Below are positions 52,301-60,336 of a stretch of DNA of 64,000 nucleotides, in pieces. A model generated the notes under the pieces. It was not told where the DNA came from. It saw nothing but the letters and a program-made list of their open reading frames with translations, and made no database searches. Both the position numbers and the translations under genes were made by a program. The DNA is from Candidatus Iainarchaeum sp. (GTDB lineage: Archaea > Iainarchaeota > Iainarchaeia > JAGGVJ01), in the NCBI GenBank assembly GCA_021158055.1, contig JAGGVJ010000040.1, positions 1 to 64,000 of the forward strand. The letters run 5' to 3'. How positions within the stretch are numbered: the stretch's first letter is position 1; every line of letters begins with the position of its first letter.

Positions 52301-55300
52301 CGAACTCAGGTTATCCCAAGGCAAAAGAGTGCTCATGTGAAGTGCGTTTCCTTCACAGGCAGCTGTTTCACCGACATAGCTCGTTTCTACAAAGATACTG
52401 AACTGACTGCCTATTTCACCATCACGGGCAAAAAACACCGGCTTGAACTTTACTTTGTACCAACCGCATTTCCTAAGTAACTCTTCCGAGTCATAATCAT
52501 TGTGTGAATCATAATCATTGTGTGAATCATAACCATAGTGTGAATCATAATCATAGTGTGAATCATAATCATAGTGTGAATCATAATCATAGTATATGTC
52601 TCCACCGGTGCTTATTCTACCTGAATTCACCATTTCTCTGTAATCACCGCTCACTATCTGCCCGTTAAAGTAACGTGAAACAACATTGGTTTTTGCCCGT
52701 TTCAACGCTTCTAAAGTCACCCGGTCATCCATCAGGAACAAGTCAACCCCGTTTAATATCCAGTCATCCTGCGGAACAAGACCTGACTGAAGCAACTCTT
52801 CAAAAGTGCAGATGTTTCTTTTAGATGACCCGCACCCGATATCCCTGATTTTCTTGCCTTCAAATGCTGTCAGTATCTTATCCATGAACCGGTCTGCTTT
52901 TTCAATTACATATTCAGCGGCCTGCATCCCATCACAGTACCCGTCACTGCAGTCCCCGCTCAAACCTGCTTTTGTCGGAATCGAGACAGTTTTTGTTATC
53001 CCGATATCCGGGTCGCATGAGTGAACCAGATACTCTGTCGTGAAATCGGATGTCTTCAAATCAGAGCCTATTTCCACGTTTATCATTATAAGCTCGCTTA
53101 AAATTTCTGTATCTGAAGATGTTTCACCTGCAATGAAAACACCTTTCTGGAAGCTGTCACTCACTATAGCTGCTCTTTTGGACACTCTTTTCAACCTAAA
53201 GTCAAACTGCGCGGTTTCACCGTCAAAAAGAGACCTTTTTGAACCTTCTGAAAAGTCAATGTACAACCTGAAATCGTTAAGAGGAATGAAATCGACAAAC
53301 CTGGTTATCCTTTTGCCGCACTCGTTCTTGATAACAACTGAACTTTTTATTTCATCAAAGTAAGCAGTTGTTGAAACAAAATCAATTGACTCCGAACTGA
53401 TTACCTTCAGGCAACCTTCTTCTTCGGGAACTATTTCCACAATCAAGCCCACTTCCCTTGAAACTGAAGTGACTTTTCCCGGCTTGTTCTTATAATAGAC
53501 ATCTGCGTCGATAACAAGAGTCCCGGTCATTCTCCCTGCCTCTCCGCTGTAACCTGAAGCATCAACTTCAATTTCAAAATGAGTTGTGTCTTCCGGTTCA
53601 AGCTCATCTATTGTTGACGATGCTTCAGTCTCGCTCAAATAATTCACATAAATATTCGGGTTGATCTCCCAGTCTTCTGCTTTTTCACTTATCCTAATGT
53701 TTTTGAAAGTAACCGAACCGCGGTTTTTCAAGACAAGTTTTTCTGCATTGCCGTCCAGTATATCAAGCGATTCCCCCGCCTTGAGCTTTAGCTTTACCTT
53801 GTTCTCAACATCAAGGGCTGCTGCCTCGTCAAGGAACACCACTGCATAGTCAAGCTCTCCTGAAACGTCCTGCGAGCCGTTTTCCCCCCTGAAAACAAGG
53901 GTTCCGACAACATCATCATCTTCAGCGTTGTTCTCGCTGTCATCCAAAGTGTCTGCCTGGAAAGTCACAAGGACAGTCGCCTTGTTCTCGCCTGAAAGCG
54001 AATCAGCTGAAAGCAATTCTATAACTGTACTTTCTTCTTCACCTGTCCCTTCAATCACCTGGTTTCCGTTGCAGTCAAGGACAAAAATTCCACCGTCAAG
54101 ATCATTGCTGGAATAAGCGACAATGTTTGACAAATCAATCCCACAATTGTTTTTCAAAACGACTTCCATTGAATTGAACGCAGTGTCAAGGTCTTCTGAG
54201 CCGACCACAAACTCTGTCTGCGACGGGGTCACTTCAAGGCATTCCGCAATTACCTGCGCGTCTATTTTCGGCGCGTACAAGAGTTTTATCCTTCCCTGCG
54301 CTGTCACATACTCGTTGTCTTTCACTGCAAATATCTTGATTGTGGCCTCGGCTGACGCGGAATCCGTCGAGTCAGGGAAATAACCTGAAGTGAACGTGAG
54401 GTAAGTTGTCTCGCCAGGCCCGAGCAATCTTGTGATTGATGCGTCGTCGAGCTCCAAGCTGAAATCATCATCCGGAAAGCCCTCGTCGCGTTCAACTACA
54501 ACCTGCAGGTCAGTGAGTTTTTTGCTTGAGCTATTTTTTATGGCAAGCTGTTTTGTCGCGGTTTTTATATTAAGGGGAATCTCAATCACAAACGGGTCTT
54601 CGTCAATTGCGATCGCCGCTTCTTTTCCGACACGCACAAGAATTGTCTCTTCGGCAAAGTGATCTGCTGAAACATTTACTGCAATGACTCCCGAGGCAGG
54701 CTCAATTGTGGTTGCGTAGACGCCGTTTCTTCCGCGGTTTCTCTTGTCTTTTCCTGTAATTGTTATTGTTTTGTTTCCAAGCGGTTTCCCGATGTTGTTG
54801 ACCAGTTTTATCGTGGCGTCGGTAACTGCTTCAAAATCTCCCGCGCGAAGCACTGTTATCATAAACTGGGTTTTTTCACCTGCAACAGCCATTTCCGGCT
54901 CAACGAAAACACTGAGCCCCAGTCCCGCAACAACTTTAAGGAACAGCTCTTTTTCAATCAGCACTTCACCTGACCTTTTCACAATTATTTTTACTGAAGC
55001 CGAGTTGTTTTCAGCTGTCGGGACAAACACTGCCTCAAGGCCTGTTCCCCTGTTTTTCCCAAGGCTTTCAAGGTTGACTGCAAGCGCGTGCGCTTCGTCA
55101 TCAAGCTGTGTCTGGGTTCCAAGGTAATGGTATGACACAAAGTCAAGCGATGCGTCAGAATTTAAAATTTCCACCTGCAAATCTTCAAGGTCTTGTTTTG
55201 CCTGCACTTCGATTCCAAGCGAGTAGACCGCGCTCAAGTACGCCTCACTTGCAGTCAGGTCCTTGATTTCTTCCCCGGTTATTGCCCTTGAAAAACCGTA

Positions 55301-57670
55301 ATTCATGCAGATTTCCTGCGTGCATTCAACCGTATTTTGCGTCACTGAAAATTCAACGGGTGTGGTGGCTGCGTAAAGCGGCTGTTTTCCTTCAGAGTCA
55401 ATCAAAGTTCCAAGTTCTTCGTCAAACGGGCTTCTTTCCATGCCGCCCAGGTTTATGTAAGTCCAGCCCCTGAAATTGAATTTCACTCTCTCGCCCAAAA
55501 CCACGTTGTCTTTCACCTGAACTGCAAAGTCCACAACATGCGTTCCTTTCCCGACATCTTTTCCAACCACCTGCACCCACTTGTTCATCTGTCCTGAAAG
55601 CGTGGTTCCTGCCATGTCAATATCCTGTCCAAGCGGGGGGTTGTGGGTCGTGCCTGAAGACGGTTCTCCCATCGCCTGCATCACTCCCGTGATTGCAACA
55701 TTGTCTTTTGCTGAAAAGTCGTTTTCTTCAAGGCCTGTCATCAAAAACAACCCTGCCTCGTCTGACGCGGCGGCCGTGTTCAACGCGACTCTTGCGCGGT
55801 ACTGCTTGCTTTCAACAACGCTTTCTACCCTGTTTCCGAACCTGTCGAACAAGCCGATGAAAACCGCGCCCGTGGAATCCGCGGGGCTGAAAAGCTGTAC
55901 ATCTATGCGGTTTTCTTTTGAAGAGTCAATGTTTATGACATGGGAAAAGTATTTTGCGCTGCCAGGCGATTCAACGACTGCGTAAGCCTGTATGCCTTCA
56001 ACAACGTCAAACTCGGCAACCCCATTTGAATCCGTGACAGTCGGCGACGAAAGCTCTTTGCCTAAAACCGTTGCCGCATTGTCAAATAAAATCACGCTTG
56101 CTCCTGAAACCGGGTTTTCTTCTTTTGTCACTTTGACCGTGACTTTTGTCTGCGTTGCGCTTATGTCAATCATTGGTTCCTGCGTGGTCGGAGTTTCCAC
56201 TGGTTTTGCCACTCCGACTTTGGAGCCGACGTATGCCTTTGCAATGACTGTCTTGTTGTTCGGAACGTCGCTGAACTCCGCGCAACCGCTTGAACCGGTC
56301 AATTCTGACGGGATTCCCAGCACTTTTGACGCAGTCTCAAAAAGAACAACCGGCACACCGTTTAACGGTGCCTTGGTGTCTTCTTCGCGGACACACACTC
56401 TAAGGGTTGATGTATTTTCCTTGGTTGACAGCTCCATTGAAGCCAAAACTGATTCCCCTGCCCCGACATCTGTCCTGACAAACGGGACATAGTTGCCTGA
56501 GTAGACAGAAACCATGTATTTTTTTGACTTGTCCACAAGAACTTTTCCTGTCCCGTCGATGTCCTGCGATTTCACGAGAACGCCGTCCAGATAAACGTTT
56601 ACGGCTGCTTCAAGGGGTGTTCCGGTCATGGTTCTTGCAGTGACGTTTATAAAGTCGCTGTTTGCAAAATCAGCTGTTGAAATAATCATTTCAAGTTTGT
56701 TTTCAGCGTTTGAAAGGACCTGAACGGCTTTTTCAGTCTGGCTCAAGTACTCTTCTTTTGACACCGTCACGTTGTAAAGTCCTGGTATCAGCCCTCTTAA
56801 AACTGTTTTTCCGTCAACGTCGGTCTTTTCAGAAGACGCGAGTTCTGCAACGCCTTTTGGGCGGGCTTCAACCTCCGCTCCTTCAACTGCATCGCCGTTT
56901 ATGTCTTCAATGTAAACCAGTAAATCTGCAGGTTCGCTTTCATCGGCTTCAAGGCTTATGGAGAGCTCCTGGTCTGAGTTGAACGTGAATGTTTCGCTTT
57001 TTTCCTGATAGCCCGGGGATGTGAAAACAAGGTCAATGTCTTGTCCCTGCGGAACTATCGCTTCAATTACCCCGTTTTCTTTTATGGTGTATGTTCCAAG
57101 GTCTTCTCCTTCTTTCATTACCTTGACTGTGCCTTCCCTTACAATGCTGTCAAAATCGGTTGTGACTCTCATCACTACTTTCACGTTTGTTTTTTCAAGT
57201 TTTGAAAGCGAAAAATCCTGCTGAAGCGAAGTGAAATAAAAGGATTTGTCAAGGGTTTCGTAGTCATACTTTGTTATCTCTACTGTGCCGTAACTATTGA
57301 GCTTGTCGAAATTTTCTATTGTTGCAATTCCTTTTGAATCGGTTTTTCCGATAAACGAGCTTAAGGTATCCGGGTAGGTTATCCTGACATCAGCCCCTTC
57401 AATGGCTGCTCCTGTTTCCGCATCAACGACTTTTACCTGAAGCGTTCCAGAGGCGGGGGTGCCAAGCATGAAAAACGCGACAAGCCCAATGAAAAAAATC
57501 GTCAAAAATAACGGGAAAACAGGTATGTTCTTGTCTTCAAGCGCGTCTATTACGCGGTAAACAGGGATTCCGTGGTCATCCACAAAATCCATCAAACCAA
57601 AAAACTTGTTTTCCACGCCGTAATAAAAGTCGTTCAAATTGTCTTTAACTGACTTGGATGCCAACTTCAT
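49373..57670 (-). CDS. Giant (2765 aa) surface protein, paralog of 42502..48741, with C-terminal hydrophobic segments and long coiled coil
   Basis: Same N-terminal module (FYYGVENKFFGLMDFVDDHGIPVYRVIDALEDKNIP plus TM) and Cna-B-like repeats; last ~620 aa are helical with three Gly/Ala-rich hydrophobic stretches. Confidence 0.87.
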   Translation of the reverse strand: MKLASKSVKDNLNDFYYGVENKFFGLMDFVDDHGIPVYRVIDALEDKNIPVFPLFLTIFFIGLVAFFMLGTPASGTLQVKVVDAETGAAIEGADVRITYPDTLSSFIGKTDSKGIATIENFDKLNSYGTVEITKYDYETLDKSFYFTSLQQDFSLSKLEKTNVKVVMRVTTDFDSIVREGTVKVMKEGEDLGTYTIKENGVIEAIVPQGQDIDLVFTSPGYQEKSETFTFNSDQELSISLEADESEPADLLVYIEDINGDAVEGAEVEARPKGVAELASSEKTDVDGKTVLRGLIPGLYNVTVSKEEYLSQTEKAVQVLSNAENKLEMIISTADFANSDFINVTARTMTGTPLEAAVNVYLDGVLVKSQDIDGTGKVLVDKSKKYMVSVYSGNYVPFVRTDVGAGESVLASMELSTKENTSTLRVCVREEDTKAPLNGVPVVLFETASKVLGIPSELTGSSGCAEFSDVPNNKTVIAKAYVGSKVGVAKPVETPTTQEPMIDISATQTKVTVKVTKEENPVSGASVILFDNAATVLGKELSSPTVTDSNGVAEFDVVEGIQAYAVVESPGSAKYFSHVINIDSSKENRIDVQLFSPADSTGAVFIGLFDRFGNRVESVVESKQYRARVALNTAAASDEAGLFLMTGLEENDFSAKDNVAITGVMQAMGEPSSGTTHNPPLGQDIDMAGTTLSGQMNKWVQVVGKDVGKGTHVVDFAVQVKDNVVLGERVKFNFRGWTYINLGGMERSPFDEELGTLIDSEGKQPLYAATTPVEFSVTQNTVECTQEICMNYGFSRAITGEEIKDLTASEAYLSAVYSLGIEVQAKQDLEDLQVEILNSDASLDFVSYHYLGTQTQLDDEAHALAVNLESLGKNRGTGLEAVFVPTAENNSASVKIIVKRSGEVLIEKELFLKVVAGLGLSVFVEPEMAVAGEKTQFMITVLRAGDFEAVTDATIKLVNNIGKPLGNKTITITGKDKRNRGRNGVYATTIEPASGVIAVNVSADHFAEETILVRVGKEAAIAIDEDPFVIEIPLNIKTATKQLAIKNSSSKKLTDLQVVVERDEGFPDDDFSLELDDASITRLLGPGETTYLTFTSGYFPDSTDSASAEATIKIFAVKDNEYVTAQGRIKLLYAPKIDAQVIAECLEVTPSQTEFVVGSEDLDTAFNSMEVVLKNNCGIDLSNIVAYSSNDLDGGIFVLDCNGNQVIEGTGEEESTVIELLSADSLSGENKATVLVTFQADTLDDSENNAEDDDVVGTLVFRGENGSQDVSGELDYAVVFLDEAAALDVENKVKLKLKAGESLDILDGNAEKLVLKNRGSVTFKNIRISEKAEDWEINPNIYVNYLSETEASSTIDELEPEDTTHFEIEVDASGYSGEAGRMTGTLVIDADVYYKNKPGKVTSVSREVGLIVEIVPEEEGCLKVISSESIDFVSTTAYFDEIKSSVVIKNECGKRITRFVDFIPLNDFRLYIDFSEGSKRSLFDGETAQFDFRLKRVSKRAAIVSDSFQKGVFIAGETSSDTEILSELIMINVEIGSDLKTSDFTTEYLVHSCDPDIGITKTVSIPTKAGLSGDCSDGYCDGMQAAEYVIEKADRFMDKILTAFEGKKIRDIGCGSSKRNICTFEELLQSGLVPQDDWILNGVDLFLMDDRVTLEALKRAKTNVVSRYFNGQIVSGDYREMVNSGRISTGGDIYYDYDSHYDYDSHYDYDSHYGYDSHNDYDSHNDYDSEELLRKCGWYKVKFKPVFFARDGEIGSQFSIFVETSYVGETAACEGNALHMSTLLPWDNLSSEDAAEMKNTVFVIPKNEEDSFKGIVEEIASGLSGTELDYNLLEKDGRVKTSLDVVGGKNVVKLLFRDSANLTKEESELVDILNKDIGYPAYGVIHHDVSKFGSNIFELVIDKNALGDSSEDLNKSIGTAVSAFVEIASGAKPIGCYFGSQSTSKREGDRAKIDSFVITGLTEAPLNAKDAGRNECVFANGNWKIILPEFEGRVEVDKDGRTLIVKDAEALASLIACECTAALISFDTGTGIYGGYKIKYTGEDFTKDVFRDKIHNLRDKENEPAWATCVADVDEKFWGSTFSSDFWGESMLTDDCHSCRPEIRWSGLMTTEDGNEKVMKGDDGVKLRMNIEIKESPTINTCPAMNSACTIVTGVAVARGGAALMSWNPAGAGASAGLFVADQLVDFLVVDEILKVGFDHMAYKNKFKEAGEGFTDISTLTRSPYYTPMIAAGITAGPTAAGAICSYKKLGEEVVESSGKLKKVKGALAQPFRRLYPAIRQFKIQRAVASQVLEPDALDSSGKQLKLLVLGNKNYLDNYNIKKEIAESYKNAAGKWSKYADTLDEIARLEDDISKLDGKVAGLTKERDAILAGMKIDTAGMGDDLVYKAHLDALDTVNKEIDDSKKALKDVLDNLSKTKPAELDVKGLESAFKNANDTMNLNMEQVKGIEETITQNRAALNDLSPRLDDAGHLFKQNKQVLLEGIDEFMTAPGDTLDDMDRKFITDFRDMVNKGDDPAKLADAVSEIKGNSAFSNLTMGYDSALDNVLTSLSDFKKIEIDTSNLKKGIQTLEQGKTNLVKETGELNKLSGDIVKTMDASNKELTVRRELLKEVKDTQKMFSEFEAERVENLKKVNEQFENVWKLQGKIEGGALGKEKLLETQNELTARKGQLETDLRSLADEGVNFSDEGDDVTDALLKNTEKHSEFVAKSNEMTKGVEETEKKLESLKKVKRINPLGSAAIAGACWALDVYIAQHDNCIVTFEEV
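52488..52592. repeat. 18-bp coding tandem repeat encoding (Y/N)DYDSH, ~6 copies
   Basis: gaatcataatcatagtgt units; protein reads YDYDSHYDYDSHYDYDSHYGYDSHNDYDSHNDYDSE. Confidence 0.93.
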
Positions 57671-57842
57671 ACCCCCGATAACCTAAATAATCACATGCGG
57701 AATTAAACCGCATTAACTTTGTTGCAACAAAAATATAAGTTTTAATAATTGAAACACTTCAGCATATATATTCTTTTTTATATACTGTTATAATACAACA
57801 CATATCCGGACACAAAACCACCATGTCCACCATATACATTGT

Positions 57843-59648
57843 TTAACAACTTTCGCTTGCTGAGCCGGTGCACATGTCACACGACGATACTGACATGAAG
57901 TTGTCAACACACTGGAGATCAAGCCCTTCAACATAAGGCAACGTGCTCCTTGTTGCCCCCTTCCATTCTTCCTTGAGGTCTGCCCTTACACTGTCACTTA
58001 CACTGTTTTCCCTTGCCAGTGAAACGCAGAACACAAACGGGACAGAAATGCCCCCGTCATCGGATGTCGTTGAACTCATCGGGGCTTCCATCGGGTGATA
58101 AATAATCTGGTTTTCTTCCGGTTCAAAATGAGTTGTCCCGTAACCCCCCGGTATTCCAAACCCCTTATCCACAATGGTAAAACAGGCATAAGCAGCTTCC
58201 GGAACCTGCGCGCAAAGCGCCGGCTTCAGGTTTACCTGGTCTCCAAAAGGATTTGAAATAATGCCTGATTCAGGGTACTGCACATAAGAAGTGCTTCTTG
58301 AGCACCCGTCAAAAACACCTGCTCCGTTGTCAACAGTGTACCTGAAGTACTTTGTGGGGAAAACCACTTTTTCAAGGAAACCTAAAGAATGCCTGTTTTT
58401 ACTTGAATTCAGCCCTTCGCGAATAAAAAACTGCGCGCCTGAAAAAACACCATCAATTTTCCCCCTGTACTCAAGAGTGTCAAAATACAACGGCGCAAAT
58501 TCAATGTTGCCGGCACTTGACTTCAGTTCCGAATTATTGCCTGAAAGAACACCCCCTATTTTTTCTGAAACACTGTCCATGTAACTTTCGGCAGTTATCT
58601 CGCCTGAAGCATAAACATCGTCGTATTCTGAATCAAGGCATTTTCTTTCAAAATCCGTTTCAAAATACGGGGGGGTTTTGGGGTCATAGTGCACCCACAC
58701 CGGCAAAGAAACTTCCGAAGAATCCGAAACAGCCACTGAAATTTCTTTTGTGCAGTCAAGCCGTGATTTTTTTCCAAAATACTCTGCTTCACCATAAATT
58801 TTGCAATCCACAGGATAATCCGACCCCCTCGTCATGCAATCGCATCCCTGTGCGCCTGTTGATTCCAGGTCGCACAAGCCCCACGGTTTTATTTTACCAG
58901 GCCCCTCCAGATTCAGAATTTCGTCCTGGATCGCAAAGGCAATGTCTGCTGCTTTCATAAACCTTATCGGAACAGGGACAATCAGGCTTCCCTCCGGGAT
59001 CACAGAACTGACGCTTTCTTCCCCAGTGAGATTGTTTGTCATGACTATCCGCGCAATCTCATCGTTGCTTAAGTCGGCCGGGGGCTTTATTTCCACTGCA
59101 AACGAACCGTCTTTTGAACTGAAACAATCATCTGGAAAAACAAAAATATTATATCTTGTGAGGCTGCCGACCAATCCAATACTATAGTCCCCGATATTTA
59201 CAAGGTGTTCTGAATCAGTATCTTTAAACTCTCCAACCACGTCAAAAACGCTTGAAGTCATATTTGTCAATAAACTTGTCCTGACACCGGATTCAAAAAA
59301 ATCCTTCACGACCGTGCAAAAAGTGCCGCGGTCAGTTGAAACAAAAATGGCTTCTTCAAGGTCGTTGTTAAAATACTTCTTCAAAAACATATTGTGGGTC
59401 TGGGCCTTAAACTGAAAAATCACCGTGTGAATCGCATCCATCCTTGCAAAATCAAGAGTCGCCGACTCCTTCAGAGAAGACTGGTAGTCAACAATGACAC
59501 TGACCCTGTTTTTTTCAGTGTTTATTATGTTTACTATCATTACAAGAGCAATTACAAGAATCACCATCCCGACAAGCGGGGTAAACAATGTAAACCCTTT
59601 TTTCATCTTTTGCGACACTGACATACCAGGCAACCAGGTTTTTTTCAT
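57843..59648 (-). CDS. Large pilin-like protein with class III signal peptide and Cys-rich C-terminal domain (~600 aa)
   Basis: ...QKMKKG|FTLFTPLVGMVILVIALVMIVNII; start placed at ATG 59648 after AGGTG; the upstream ORF extension overlaps the archaeosortase gene. Confidence 0.72.
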   Translation of the reverse strand: MKKTWLPGMSVSQKMKKGFTLFTPLVGMVILVIALVMIVNIINTEKNRVSVIVDYQSSLKESATLDFARMDAIHTVIFQFKAQTHNMFLKKYFNNDLEEAIFVSTDRGTFCTVVKDFFESGVRTSLLTNMTSSVFDVVGEFKDTDSEHLVNIGDYSIGLVGSLTRYNIFVFPDDCFSSKDGSFAVEIKPPADLSNDEIARIVMTNNLTGEESVSSVIPEGSLIVPVPIRFMKAADIAFAIQDEILNLEGPGKIKPWGLCDLESTGAQGCDCMTRGSDYPVDCKIYGEAEYFGKKSRLDCTKEISVAVSDSSEVSLPVWVHYDPKTPPYFETDFERKCLDSEYDDVYASGEITAESYMDSVSEKIGGVLSGNNSELKSSAGNIEFAPLYFDTLEYRGKIDGVFSGAQFFIREGLNSSKNRHSLGFLEKVVFPTKYFRYTVDNGAGVFDGCSRSTSYVQYPESGIISNPFGDQVNLKPALCAQVPEAAYACFTIVDKGFGIPGGYGTTHFEPEENQIIYHPMEAPMSSTTSDDGGISVPFVFCVSLARENSVSDSVRADLKEEWKGATRSTLPYVEGLDLQCVDNFMSVSSCDMCTGSASESC

Positions 59649-59721
59649 TTTAACACCTTTATCTTCAAAAACACTTTGTTTGTCTTCAAAAACACTTTGC
59701 TTGCACCTTACATAAATTGCT

Positions 59722-60324
59722 TTACCTGTCCCTTGCTTTCTGCAAAAACTGTTTTGCCGAAAAACCTGCTTTTTCAAGCCAACCGATATACCTTTCAAGC
59801 CACCCAAGGTACCATGCGGCATAAAACACAAACGTAAACACAAAAAGGCTTGCCCTGAAAAGCGTATTGTGGGTGAAATCCGCTGCTTCCCAGCCAAACC
59901 ACACCCCGGTTGCAAGAGTCAATGCAATGCGGACCGGGTTAAACAAAAGAACTGCAAAAAAGCCAAGCCCCGCGCCGACTGCCCTGCTTTTCAGAGTCCT
60001 GTCAGTGCTTGAAAAGACAGCCGCAAAAAGAACAGCTATTTCAAGGTCGCCTGAGCAAATCCTTGAAATCACTGCCGTGAACGGGTAAAACAGGTCAGAA
60101 AAAATCAACGGCGCAGCCCCTGAAAAAATACCGGGCGTCATTTCTGCCCTGATTCCCAAAACCGCAAGCACTGCAACTGCAGAAACCGCGCTGAATGCCT
60201 GCAAAAGAGGGGTGAGCAAAAGGGAAATCAAAAACGAGACCGCTAAAAAAAGAACTGAAAATAATGCCGTGAACTTTGCTGCCCGGATTAACTCAAAACG
60301 AAGAATATTTATTGGAATACGCAC
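59722..60324 (-). CDS. Archaeosortase/exosortase family membrane transpeptidase
   Basis: Multi-TM protein with Cys-Arg-His triad in family context: ISRICSGD, FNPVRI, DFTH; GTG start after AGGTGA. Confidence 0.85.
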   Translation of the reverse strand: MRIPINILRFELIRAAKFTALFSVLFLAVSFLISLLLTPLLQAFSAVSAVAVLAVLGIRAEMTPGIFSGAAPLIFSDLFYPFTAVISRICSGDLEIAVLFAAVFSSTDRTLKSRAVGAGLGFFAVLLFNPVRIALTLATGVWFGWEAADFTHNTLFRASLFVFTFVFYAAWYLGWLERYIGWLEKAGFSAKQFLQKARDR

Positions 60325-60336
60325 TTTTTTCACCTT

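Noticed and set aside
59649-59915. N-terminal 89 aa of the 690-aa ORF
   Set aside because: It overlaps the archaeosortase 3' end and a 21-bp duplication; the RBS and class III signal indicate a start at 59648.
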